Notes: generated by a model from the letters alone, not told the origin. Counted from the stretch's first letter, positions 10,127 through 19,928 are shown. The stretch: 64,000 nucleotides of DNA from Alphaproteobacteria bacterium (GCA_964291415.2 OZ219920.1:1536001-1600000); one strand, 5' to 3'. Numbers and translations are program-made.

Positions 10127-10337
10127 ATGAAACAGGCCGCCGTCCGCCTGCCAGAGACGACCTGCAACCGCCTGCAGGTGAACAGGATGCACCGCGACGT
10201 TCTACACTCGCGAAGCGATCGAGCGGCACCTCGAGGACCTGTGTATCGCCGAGCAGGCAGCGATTGAACATCGCAAAGCCGGCGAGCGCACCCTCTCGCT
10301 CGACGAGCTGGACCGCTACCTTGGCCTGGAGAGTTGA
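10127..10337 (+). pseudogene. Frameshifted RelB/CopG-type (RHH) antitoxin
   Basis: MKQAAVRLPETTCNRLQ in one frame, then TFYTREAIERHLEDLCIAEQAAIEHRKAGERTLSLDELDRYLGLES* in another; stop region overlaps the toxin start. Confidence 0.7.
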
Positions 10338-10596
10338 AATCACCGAAAGCGCGGCCAGACAGATCAGGAAGCCGGGACTGACCGGCACGTTTCGAATCCG
10401 AGACTACCTGCGCGACCGGATTGCCCTGCTCCAGGATCCACGTCAGATCGGAAGGCCGTTGCGAAACTCCGGGTTCGGTGCCTTCTGGCGCTACCGTGTC
10501 GGAGACTGCCGCATCCTCTGCGATCTGCGTGACGACGAGCTGCTGGCGCTCGTGATCAAGGCCGGTCATCGCCGTTCGGTCTATCGGGGACCCTGA
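10321..10596 (+). CDS. RelE/StbE family toxin, possibly degenerate
   Basis: TTG start; MAWRVEITESAARQIRK..DPRQIGRPL..FWRYRVGDCRILC..GHRRSVYR. Confidence 0.8.
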   Translation: MAWRVEITESAARQIRKPGLTGTFRIRDYLRDRIALLQDPRQIGRPLRNSGFGAFWRYRVGDCRILCDLRDDELLALVIKAGHRRSVYRGP

Positions 10597-10819
10597 TCGG
10601 TGGTCCTGCCGGACGACGAGGAAGGCGATACCCCTGCATCTTGTCCACGCATCCACACCTGGAGCATCCGAGACTGTCGCGCGGAATTCAGACGGACGGC
10701 GGCCCAGCCGGCCGGGACATGGACATCGCGGCCAGCAAGTTCAAACTCCCCCGCTTCGACGCAGTCGAGCAACGTCCTGTTGACCAACGCTGCCCGCAGG
10801 CGGTTTCCGCCACCTTCTG

Positions 10820-11578
10820 TCAGTTGGCTCGCCCGTCGGCGTGTTCGAGATCGGCCAGTTGCCGGTCGATGACGTCGAGCATGTGCTGACGGTCCATGAC
10901 ACCGTAGTGGCCCGGGCAGACGCGCTTGACCGGGAGTTCGCGCATGCGCTTCAGGCTGGCGCAGTAGGCAGCCGGTTCGGGGGGCGGCCAGGCGGGCCCG
11001 TGATCGCCGTCGTAGAGCATGTCACTGGTGAAGAGCGTGCCGCTTGCCTCGTCCCAGATCGCAAGACCACCTGGCGAACGCCCCGGCACATGCAGGACAT
11101 CGAGCACGCGGTCGCCCAGATCGAACCGCGATCCATCCTCGACAAGGCGCGTCGGCTCGGCCGGTGTCATGGTGTAACCGCCCACGTCGTAGTGTTCGTG
11201 CGGAAGCGCCCACAGCGTCGTCCGGTTGAGATAGGTTCCCGCACCCACGCTTTCCCGGGTGGGTGCGCGCAGTTCCGGCGCGTCCAGGGGATGACAGGCC
11301 CGGTCGGAGAAACTCGCCCAGCCGCCGGCATGGTCGTAATAGCAGTTGAGGGCAACGGCGGTGACGGGCTTGCCGGCCACGGCCTCGACGAGAGGAGCAG
11401 GCGGCACGATGCCGGTGCCCGTATCGACTGCAAGATCCCGGTCCTGGCCGCGGACAAGCCAGATGTCGCCAACGGCATAGGAATCGATGTGGTCCTCCCG
11501 GAAGCGGATGATGCCGTCATCGAGAGCCTCGATGGCAAACCAGACTTCGGCGATCGGCAGGGTGTCGTCAGCTTCCAT
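10820..11578 (-). CDS. MBL-fold metallo-hydrolase with divergent metal motif
   Basis: VDTG; NCYYDHAGG in place of HxHxDH; HVPGRSPG in place of GH; FTSD; PGHY; start overlaps upstream gene end. Confidence 0.8.
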   Translation of the reverse strand: MEADDTLPIAEVWFAIEALDDGIIRFREDHIDSYAVGDIWLVRGQDRDLAVDTGTGIVPPAPLVEAVAGKPVTAVALNCYYDHAGGWASFSDRACHPLDAPELRAPTRESVGAGTYLNRTTLWALPHEHYDVGGYTMTPAEPTRLVEDGSRFDLGDRVLDVLHVPGRSPGGLAIWDEASGTLFTSDMLYDGDHGPAWPPPEPAAYCASLKRMRELPVKRVCPGHYGVMDRQHMLDVIDRQLADLEHADGRAN

Positions 11579-13649
11579 GGTCCATCTCCACGTTGACCCG
11601 GTCGTGCCTGAGCGGATTGTCAGGATCGACGTTGGTGTCGAGTTCGCGGGCGTAACGGTGCCCGGCGTACACCGCCGCGGCGATGATGGCCGGCGCATCG
11701 CAGTCGCCGATCCGCCTGAGCGACTTCGGCGCGCCCTTCTCTCCCGCCTCCATGCTCCGGCGAACCGCCTTGTAGAGGGCATCGTCGGGAATGCGTGACG
11801 TGACGAGAACGATGGCGTCCGCGTCGATATCCCGTTCCTCGCCGCTGGCACTGCAGGCCACCCGGGCCCGACGGCCATCGAAGGAGACCAGTTCATGGGC
11901 CACGACGATGCCCACACCGACCTCCATCAACCGTCTGCGGGCCCGCCAGCGGTCCAGGGTCAGTCCGCCCCAGGCCGAGACGACATCTTCCGGTGTCACA
12001 AGAGTGGTCTCGAGACCCTGGCCACGCAGTGTCTCGGCCATGACAGTACCCATGTAGTAGTGGTCATCGTCGTAGACGAGCACACGACCTTCAGGCAGCC
12101 GTCCGGCCATGATGTCATCGGGCGTGAAGAGGCTCTCACGGGGGCCGAGACAGTCGATTCCCGCGCGATTGCTGGTACCGAATCCGTCGGCTCTCCAGTG
12201 CGCCCCTGTCGCCACCGCGACATGGTCCGCCGCCACCTCGAAGACATCTTCCGGACCCAGCCTGCTTTCAGGATAGATTTCCACGTTGGCGAGCCCGTTC
12301 AACTGGGTCACCCGATAGTCGCGCACACGGCGCCACTCAGCCAGACCGGGAAGCATGGATTCCCTCGACACTCGTCCGCCGAGTTCGCGGGCCGCCTCCG
12401 CAAGCATGACGTCGTATCCGCGTCTCCCTAGGGAAAGGGCTGCTTCCAGGCCGGCCGGACCGGCCCCGACGACGAGAACACGTGACGTGGAATGCCGGCT
12501 GGCGATGGTCTCCGGATGCCAGCCGCGGCGCCACTCCTCGCTCATGGTGGGATTCTGGGTGCAGCGGATGGGAGCGCCGCGGGCATCACCCATGTAGCAG
12601 ATGTTGCAGCCGATGCACTCGCGGATGTCCTCGATGCGTCCCTCCTCGATCTTCTTCGGCAGGAAGGGATCGGCGATGGAAGGCCGCGCCGCGCCGATAA
12701 AATCAACCAGCCCCTTCCTCACCCAGGCCGCCATGGTATCCGGAGACGTGAAGCGTCCCACGGACACGATCGGCTTCGTGGTCAGGGGCCGGATGGTCGA
12801 AACGTAGGCCTCCAGGGACCCTTCGCCGACGAACCGCGACAGTCCCATTTCGAGCGAGTAGTCGCTGACATTGATGTCCCAGAGGTCCGGCAGTTCCCCC
12901 AGCAGTCCCAGCATGTCTTCGGTCTCGCCCGGAACCGGCGTGCCGTCGCCGCCCCCGCCACCGCTGGTCTCGGCGGAAAACCTCACCGCGACAGCCATGG
13001 TCGCGCCGACGGCGTCCTTCGTGTCCTCGATGAGTTCGCGTATCAGGCGCACCCGGTTGGCGAGCGATCCGCCATACTCGTCCGAGCGCGTGTTGAGCAC
13101 CGGCGACAGGAATTGCGACAGCAGGTAATCGTGGGTGGCATAGACGTAGACAATGTCGAACCCTGCCTCCCTGGCGCGCAGCGCGCCATTGCGATGCCAT
13201 CGCCTGACTTCGCGGATGTCTTCGCGGTCCATGGCCCGCGTCTGGAAGGGCTCTCCCGTGGCAAGCGGCATGCTGACCACCCCGAGCGGCACCTGGCGGG
13301 TCAGGTGATTGGCCATCCTTGCGCCGCCCAGAACCAGCTCCACGCCGGCAAGCGAACCGTGCCCGTGCACCTGCTCGGTCATCAGGGCGTGCGCCCGGAT
13401 ATCGCGATCATCCCAGAGCGAGGCCATGGGATAGGGGGTATCGTCAATCGACGGATGAGGGGAACAGTACTCCGTGTTGACCACGGCCCAGCCGCCTTCG
13501 GCTTTCATGGCGCGCAGTCCGGCAAGGATGTGCGGGCTCTGCCAGCCGCTCCCGGTGCAATGAGGCACCTGATAGAACCTGTTTCGGGCGGTTACCGGCC
13601 CGATCGCCACCGGTTCGAACAGGATGTCGTGACGCGGGTCCCGGGCCAT
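11568..13649 (-). CDS. Trimethylamine/histamine dehydrogenase-like FMN, 4Fe-4S flavoprotein
   Basis: MARDPRHDILFEP..RNRFYQVPHC, YATHDY, CIGCNIC..CTQNP, GAGPAG. Confidence 0.88.
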   Translation of the reverse strand: MARDPRHDILFEPVAIGPVTARNRFYQVPHCTGSGWQSPHILAGLRAMKAEGGWAVVNTEYCSPHPSIDDTPYPMASLWDDRDIRAHALMTEQVHGHGSLAGVELVLGGARMANHLTRQVPLGVVSMPLATGEPFQTRAMDREDIREVRRWHRNGALRAREAGFDIVYVYATHDYLLSQFLSPVLNTRSDEYGGSLANRVRLIRELIEDTKDAVGATMAVAVRFSAETSGGGGGDGTPVPGETEDMLGLLGELPDLWDINVSDYSLEMGLSRFVGEGSLEAYVSTIRPLTTKPIVSVGRFTSPDTMAAWVRKGLVDFIGAARPSIADPFLPKKIEEGRIEDIRECIGCNICYMGDARGAPIRCTQNPTMSEEWRRGWHPETIASRHSTSRVLVVGAGPAGLEAALSLGRRGYDVMLAEAARELGGRVSRESMLPGLAEWRRVRDYRVTQLNGLANVEIYPESRLGPEDVFEVAADHVAVATGAHWRADGFGTSNRAGIDCLGPRESLFTPDDIMAGRLPEGRVLVYDDDHYYMGTVMAETLRGQGLETTLVTPEDVVSAWGGLTLDRWRARRRLMEVGVGIVVAHELVSFDGRRARVACSASGEERDIDADAIVLVTSRIPDDALYKAVRRSMEAGEKGAPKSLRRIGDCDAPAIIAAAVYAGHRYARELDTNVDPDNPLRHDRVNVEMDHGS

Positions 13650-13653
13650 CGCG

Positions 13654-14340
13654 TCAGGCCTCGCAGCCAGGCGCCGCCGGTCGTTCGAAATGATGTGGAA
13701 AGACCGTGGCAAGATAGGTCAGGCAGTCCGCTCTCGCGGTCTGCCGGCGGATGTCCCGCGGATACATGAGAAGGTTGAGCCACAGGCCGTCGACCAGGGC
13801 CTCGATGCTGCGGGTAATCCCTTCCGCGTCGGCGCCCTCGTAGCGGCCACTTGCCACCAGTTCCCGGCACAGCCGGCAGATCTCGACATACCTCTCGTCA
13901 TCGAAGCGGTGATGGATCTCGAGATAGGCGGGCCGGTACTTCGCCTGGCCCCAGAAGGCGAACCACACCGCAAGTTTCTTGTTGGAGCAGACCCGGCGAT
14001 CGAAATCCGCCTCCAGGATGGCCTGCAGCTGGTTCGCCGGATCCGGACCGGCATTCAGCATGGCGCCGCGCCACAGCTCATAGTGTTCACGCGCCAGGTA
14101 CCCCAGGGTCTCGACGTAGAGATCTTCCTTGGTGCGGAAGTGAAAGTTGACCACGCCATGCGACAGCCTGGCGCCCTTCGTGACCGTTTCCAGGGTGGTG
14201 CCCGAAAATCCGCGCCTGGCGATGGACTCGATGGTGGCGTCGATCAGCTGCTGGCGCCGTGCCTGCCGGGCGGCAAGACGGCGGTCCGCCGTGCCGGTCG
14301 TTTGCGACCCGGTCGAAGCCGGGGATGCGACAGCTGACAT
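13654..14340 (-). CDS. TetR family regulator, BetI-like C-terminal domain
   Basis: RRQQLIDATIESIARRGFSGTT..GVVNFHF.TK; WFAFW; ALVDGLWL. Confidence 0.9.
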   Translation of the reverse strand: MSAVASPASTGSQTTGTADRRLAARQARRQQLIDATIESIARRGFSGTTLETVTKGARLSHGVVNFHFRTKEDLYVETLGYLAREHYELWRGAMLNAGPDPANQLQAILEADFDRRVCSNKKLAVWFAFWGQAKYRPAYLEIHHRFDDERYVEICRLCRELVASGRYEGADAEGITRSIEALVDGLWLNLLMYPRDIRRQTARADCLTYLATVFPHHFERPAAPGCEA

Positions 14341-14367
14341 ATCGCGTCACCTGATTGAGAAGGGAAC

Positions 14368-14398
14368 GGGAACCGGGACCGCTCGTGTCCCGGTTCCC
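14368..14398 (-). terminator. GC hairpin between the SBP and TetR genes
   Basis: GGGAACCGGGAC-7 nt-GTCCCGGTTCCC perfect 12-bp stem. Confidence 0.6.
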
Positions 14399-14427
14399 TG
14401 ATGTCGGACGGAAGGTGCGATGTCCGG

Positions 14428-15540
14428 TCAGAAACCGGCGATCATCTCACCCCAGTCACGGTTGATCTTGGTCTCGATCTCTTCGGTCTGCGCTCTCAGG
14501 AAGACACCCTTGTCCAGAATGTCGGCGGGAGTCCTGGAGAGTCCGCGAGCCGCCAGATCGTCATCGCTGACGAGATCAAACGCCGCGGCACTCGCGTGAC
14601 CATAGCCGTTCTCCACGATCACATACTCCCCGACCTCGGGAGCGAGCATCGCGTTGATGAGATCGTGGGCCTTGTCGTAGTGGGGCGCATCGCTGGTCAG
14701 CACCGTGCCGCAGACCCAGGTCAGCGCTCCCTCCTTGACGTCGGCAAACTTCACCGGAATGCCCTGTCTGGTGAGTTCCAGGGGTGAGCTGTTCCAGGTC
14801 ATGGCCGCCACGAGTTCGCCGGAGGCAAGGGCCTGTTCGACCGTCGTCATGTCACTCTGGCGGAACCTCAGGAGGTCGCGCTGCTGCCTCAGGATATCGA
14901 GAACCTCCGCCAGGGATTCATCGGTCAGGTTGTCGGTATCGACGCCGGCGTAGATGGCGGCGCACCACCAGGCATCCTCGGCCGCATCGATGATCGAAAG
15001 CCTGCCGGCATAGCGCTCGTCCCACAGCAGGCCCCAGGACTCCTCCTCACCCTGCCAGTCGACGATGTCCGTGCGGTAGGTGATCGAGGTCTGTCCCCAC
15101 TCGAAGGGGGCGAACCACTGCTCTCCCTCGTGCTGGGCGTCCTTGATGTTGTAGAGCGCCGGAACCACGTCCTTCCAGTTGGGAATCCGTGACGTGTCGA
15201 TGGGCTGGAGAACGCCCGCGTGCCGCCAGCGTGGCACGTTGTTGCTGCATGGATGAATGAGATCCACGACGAAGCCCGCCCTCACCTTGGTGAAGGCCTC
15301 CTCGGCGTCGCCATAGACCGGACAGTCCGGTTCGACGCCATGTTGTTCGACATAGCCTGGCCAGTAAATCGGATCGTCGTAGCCGGCCCACGTGAAATAG
15401 ATCGCCTGTTCGTCCTGGGCCTGGGCCGCCGTCAACGGCATCACCGTCGACACCAGTCCGACCGCAGCCATCGCCTGGCCAAGTTCGCGACGGCTCAGCT
15501 CCCGGTTTTCAAGTCGCTTGATGGTATCTCTGATATCCAT
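14428..15540 (-). CDS. PotD/PotF-like ABC substrate-binding protein (orphan, Tat-like signal)
   Basis: LSRRELG signal, FTWAGY, EWG.TSI, SWGLLWD, KEGALTW; GGAGG RBS. Confidence 0.88.
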   Translation of the reverse strand: MDIRDTIKRLENRELSRRELGQAMAAVGLVSTVMPLTAAQAQDEQAIYFTWAGYDDPIYWPGYVEQHGVEPDCPVYGDAEEAFTKVRAGFVVDLIHPCSNNVPRWRHAGVLQPIDTSRIPNWKDVVPALYNIKDAQHEGEQWFAPFEWGQTSITYRTDIVDWQGEEESWGLLWDERYAGRLSIIDAAEDAWWCAAIYAGVDTDNLTDESLAEVLDILRQQRDLLRFRQSDMTTVEQALASGELVAAMTWNSSPLELTRQGIPVKFADVKEGALTWVCGTVLTSDAPHYDKAHDLINAMLAPEVGEYVIVENGYGHASAAAFDLVSDDDLAARGLSRTPADILDKGVFLRAQTEEIETKINRDWGEMIAGF

Positions 15541-15644
15541 GGATGTGATCCTCCAGGTTGTCACCCGCCCGGAGCGCTGTGGCCACGGGTCTCATGTGAG
15601 TCCGCACCACCTGGTTGCGGACCCGGGGAGCATCACCCAGATTT

Positions 15645-15661
15645 TCTGACTGGTCAATCAA
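15645..15661. promoter_or_regulatory. Putative TetR/BetI-like operator TCTGACTGGTCAATCAA in divergent promoter
   Basis: Exact reverse complement of 6802-6818; lies between the divergent SBP and CocE genes. Confidence 0.65.
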
Positions 15662-15727
15662 CTTTGAGACCGGCGTAACGTGGCAGGATTGCGTGTAGAC
15701 TGTCCCGGAACAGCGGGAGTGACCGCC

Positions 15728-17753
15728 ATGCGCGTCGTCGACGCACTGCCATCGAAGGTGGAGGTGAGGGAAGAGGGAGTATGGATCCCGCTCAGACGCG
15801 GCGTTCGCCTGGCGGCGCGCATCTGGCTGCCTGAGGATGCGGAACGCAATCCGGTGCCCGCACTTCTCGAGTATCTCCCCTATCGCAAGCGCGACATGAC
15901 ACGGCCGGGAGACGAGCCGAAACACGCATGGTTCGCCGGTCATGGCTACGCCAGCCTGCGCGTCGACCTCGCCGGCGCCGGCGACAGCTTCGGCGTCATG
16001 CGCGACGAGTACGCACCAGGAGCTCGAGGACGGCAAGGAGGTGATCGCCTGGATTGCCAGGCAGCCCTGGTGCACCGGCGACGTCGGCATGTTCGGCATC
16101 TCCTGGGGCGGCTTCAACTCGCTTCAGGTGGCTGCCCTGCAGCCTCCGGAACTCAAGGCCGTGGTCACCTCGTGCTCCACCGACGACCGCTATGGCGACG
16201 ACATGCACTACATGGGTGGCTGTCTTCTCAACGACAACCTCGACTGGGGCACCACTTTCTTCGGCATCCTGCCTCTCCCCGGAGACCCGCTGATCATGGG
16301 AGAGGGCTGGCGAGAAAACTGGCTAGCGCGGCTGGAGGATGTCCCCTGCCCTGTCGAAACGTGGATGCGCCACCAGACGCGTGATGCCTACTGGCGTCAC
16401 GGTTCGGTCTGCGAGGACTATGGCGCCATCCGCTGTCCGGTCTTCGCCGTTGGGGGCTGGCTCGACGGCTACTCCAATGCCATCTTCCGACTGCTTGCCG
16501 GGCTCGACGTCCCGCGCCTCGGCCTTGTCGGTCCCCATGCCCATCAATGGGGCCACATGGAGAACGCTCCCGGGCCCCACTTCGGATTTCTCCAGGAGAT
16601 GCTGCGCTGGTGGGATCACTGGCTGAAGCACGAGGAAACGGGAATCATGGATGAGCCCATGCTGCGCGTCTTCCTGCAGGACGGGGTGCCGCCTCGTTCC
16701 TGGTACCGTGAGTGTCCGGGTCACTGGATCGGCGAAGTCTCGTGGCCCTCGGCGCGAATCCGCAGCCGCCGCTACCACCTGAACCCGGACGGTCTCGGCG
16801 TTGAGCCGGGCCGAGACGAACAGCGATCCGCCGTCACCCCACAGACACTCGGCCTTGCCGGCGGCGAATGGTGTCCCTACGGCACCGGGGGCGACGGACC
16901 GGAGTTCCCCGGCGATCAGCGCCAGGACGACGGCGCGTCGATCACCTTCGAGAGCCCGCCGCTTGACGCGGACGTGGACATTCTGGGCCAGCCGGTGGCG
17001 GAGCTTGACATCGAGGTCGACAGGCCGGTCGCCTACCTCGTCGCCCGCCTCAACGATGTCCACCCCGATGGCGCGGTGTCGCGGGCGACCTTCGGCGTCC
17101 TCAACCTCACCCACCGCCACGGACACGATGCGCCCGAGGCCATGCCCACGGGCAGCCGGACGGCGGTGCGGTTGACGCTCAACGACTGCGCCTACCGCTT
17201 TCGCAAGGGGCACCGCATCCGCGTGGCGCTCTCAACCACCTACTGGCCGATGCTGTTTCCGGCTCCCGAACCCGTGATGCTGACGGTCCATACCGGGACC
17301 AGTCATCTCGACCTTCCGGTGAGGCCTGCCACGGGCGGACCCCCGATCGGTGACTTCGGGGAACCCGAACAGGCGCCGGCGATGGCAAGCACGCAGATTG
17401 CTGCTCCACAATCGCGCAACGAGGTGACGATCGATCAACGATCAGGCCGTCTCGAGGTGACATCGCAGCGGGGCAGCGGCACCTACCGTATCGAGGACCA
17501 TGGCCTCGAGTTCGCCAGGGACACCAGTGAACGCATGAGCATCACGCCCGACGACCCGCTCTCCGCAGAGAGCGAGTTCGTCGTCTCCACCCACATGAAA
17601 CGCGGCGACTTCGAGGTAAACGTGCGCGCCCGCACCCACCTGAGGGCGTCACGCGACCAGTTCCATCTCGCCGCCGACCTCGACATCACGGAAGGCCGTG
17701 ACCGGATCCTGACCCGCCGCTGGTCCGTGCCCATTGACCGGAATCTTGTGTGA
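15728..17753 (+). pseudogene. CocE/NonD family hydrolase with one frameshift near 16013-16017 (real or sequencing error)
   Basis: N-part LAARIWLP..EYLPYRKRD..GAGDSFG..DEY in one frame; QELEDG..GMFGISWGG and the remainder in another. Confidence 0.85.
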
Positions 17754-17768
17754 TACGCGGTGTGGAAA

Positions 17769-18734
17769 CTATCCTCTGGCAGCCTTCGCCTCGGCAATGG
17801 CACCGAGAAACTCCACCATGGTGTGGGCGCCAAGGTAGGACGTCACGCCGGTGCCGACATCGAGCTTGGGGTTGACTTCAACGAAGTCAAATCCGATGAC
17901 CTCCATGTGCCGTGCCGTGGCGCGCAGGATGTCGCGCAGTTCGGCATAGAGCATGCCGTTGGGTTCGGCGGAGATACAGCCAGGCACGAGCGACATGTCG
18001 AGAACATCGACATCAATCGACACGTACATCTTCTCGCCCCGCGGGAAGGTCTCGTGCACGAAGCCCTCGGGACCCAGCCTGCGGACTTCATCCATGGTGA
18101 CGATGTGGCTGCCTTCGGCGCGGGCATCAATGAACTCCTGAAGGGCGCTCCGCAGGCTGCGGATGCCGATCTGCGTCAGCGACAGCACATGGGCCATGGG
18201 CTTGATGTGGCGGAAGGCATGACCGTTCGTGAACCTCAGGTCGTGCACGAATGGCTGATAATCCATGTGGGCGTCAAAGTGCATGACGTGCATGGGTTCA
18301 CTGAACGCCCTCACCACCGGGTAGGTCACCGAGTGATCGCCACCGATGATGACCGGCATGGCGCCGCGCTCTAGGATGCCTGAGACATCGGCGGTGATGT
18401 TGTCGAATGTCCTTTCGACATTGGTCTCCAGGATGTCGCTGTCCCCGACATCGACGATACGCCGGTTTGCCGTTTCCTCGACCAGATAGGACTTGTCCGT
18501 GAGGATGTCGTAGTAGCCGTCCGAACCGAACCTCAGCGAATGCTCGCGGATGGATCGTGGTGCGAAACGCGACCCGCCCATGAAGGGAGATCCCTCGTCG
18601 GTCGGCGTGCCTAGAATGGCGTAGTCGGCATCGAGAGTGGCAATGTCGTCGCAGTAGTCCTGGCGCAGGAACGTCGCGATTCCGCCGTAGGGCGAGTTGT
18701 AGCGGCCTGCCGGCCCCCGCATGTTGATCTGCAT
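17769..18734 (-). CDS. Agmatinase/ureohydrolase family protein
   Basis: GGDHS, DAHMD, SIDVDVLD, EVNP motifs. Confidence 0.9.
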   Translation of the reverse strand: MQINMRGPAGRYNSPYGGIATFLRQDYCDDIATLDADYAILGTPTDEGSPFMGGSRFAPRSIREHSLRFGSDGYYDILTDKSYLVEETANRRIVDVGDSDILETNVERTFDNITADVSGILERGAMPVIIGGDHSVTYPVVRAFSEPMHVMHFDAHMDYQPFVHDLRFTNGHAFRHIKPMAHVLSLTQIGIRSLRSALQEFIDARAEGSHIVTMDEVRRLGPEGFVHETFPRGEKMYVSIDVDVLDMSLVPGCISAEPNGMLYAELRDILRATARHMEVIGFDFVEVNPKLDVGTGVTSYLGAHTMVEFLGAIAEAKAARG

Positions 18735-18749
18735 GTTGCGTAACCCCAG

Positions 18750-19238
18750 CTAGAACCGTCCAAGAACCAGAAACCGCAACCCCGGTTCCCCCGTTGCCGG
18801 AAGCCTGTCCCAGGTCGCTTCCATCTTCAACAGCGCACCGCCCCCGCACAACTCCTCGCAGGCGTCCGCCATCCCGCCTAGAGGCGCCACCGCAAGGGAC
18901 ATCACCCCTCCCGCCCTCAGCAGCCTGACGAGACCGTCAAACACCTCGACAGACGCATCGTCACCGCTGAAAACCCGTGATGCGATGACAGCGTCGTAGC
19001 TGCGATCCGGCAGATCGGCCGGCGATCCGGCGCTGAAGAGCCGGCGGTAGACGCCCCTCCCTCGCGCGCGTGCCAGCATGCCGGACGCGACATCCATGCC
19101 ATCAATGACCCGGTATCCCAGACCGGACAGAACCGCACCGGCCGCTCCGTCTCCGCACCCCCAATCGAGAATTTCCGCCCGGCGATCGTCCAGGTGGCGG
19201 GCAAGGTTATCGCAGCATCCGGCAGCGCCATCACGCAT
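18750..19238 (-). CDS. Class I SAM-dependent methyltransferase (short, possibly N-truncated)
   Basis: ILDWGCGDG, IDGMDVASGML, YDAVI, LLRAGG. Confidence 0.7.
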   Translation of the reverse strand: MRDGAAGCCDNLARHLDDRRAEILDWGCGDGAAGAVLSGLGYRVIDGMDVASGMLARARGRGVYRRLFSAGSPADLPDRSYDAVIASRVFSGDDASVEVFDGLVRLLRAGGVMSLAVAPLGGMADACEELCGGGALLKMEATWDRLPATGEPGLRFLVLGRF

Positions 19239-19280
19239 CGCTTCCCTCCGTCAGTCCGGGTGACGGGCCAAAGACCAGGG

Positions 19281-19877
19281 TCATGGTCTCGCCCGCGTCG
19301 CCAGCGAGGCGATCAGCGCTTCGGCGGCCGCAAGCGCCATGGCGCGGTAGCGAGGCGGTGCTCCGAGGGTCCGCATCGACTGGTGGTCGTTGTAGATGGC
19401 AGCAAGGCCGTGGGCAACGGTCGTGATGGCATCCGGATCCGCATCGGGAAACGAGGCGCGCAAGACATCCTGAAGCGCATCGGCGAAACCCTGCAGCCAG
19501 CTCTCGAGGCGGGCGGCAATTGCCGGGTTGCGGCGGGCGGCGGAGTAAACCGATTCAAGGACTGGCAACGCGTCGTCCGGTGCATCCCAGAACAGGTAGT
19601 GCGGCAGACCGCCGACGCCGGGGTTGGCGATGAACCAGGTTCGCATGTCGTCGTTCTGCCGCTGAAGGTGAACTTCCAGACGATCGAGAAACGCCGCAAC
19701 CAAATTGTCGCGATTGCCGATGTAGTGCCGGATGATCGAGCGGCGGACACCCGCTTCACCGGCCACCTCCTCCAGGGAAACGGCATCCAGCCCCGAACGC
19801 GCCACGCACCGCGAGAACGCATCCAGGATCTGTTCCGATCGTTCGGCACTGAGGTCAGGACGCGCCATGGATGTCAT
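19281..19877 (-). CDS. TetR/AcrR family regulator
   Basis: RSEQILDAF..GLDAVSLEEVAGEAGVRRSIIRHY helix-turn-helix. Confidence 0.9.
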   Translation of the reverse strand: MTSMARPDLSAERSEQILDAFSRCVARSGLDAVSLEEVAGEAGVRRSIIRHYIGNRDNLVAAFLDRLEVHLQRQNDDMRTWFIANPGVGGLPHYLFWDAPDDALPVLESVYSAARRNPAIAARLESWLQGFADALQDVLRASFPDADPDAITTVAHGLAAIYNDHQSMRTLGAPPRYRAMALAAAEALIASLATRARP

Positions 19878-19908
19878 CCCGGGTTGTGAGTGTCGTGTGG
19901 AGAGTGTT

Positions 19909-19928
19909 GATTGTCACTCTTGACAATC
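19909..19928. promoter_or_regulatory. Inverted repeat, likely operator of the divergent TetR
   Basis: GATTGTCA-CTCT-TGACAATC; includes a TTGACA -35-like hexamer. Confidence 0.6.

Noticed and set aside
10597-10819. Short ORF 10581-10787 (-) downstream of the MBL gene
   Set aside because: No RBS or recognisable family; possibly a remnant but unsupported
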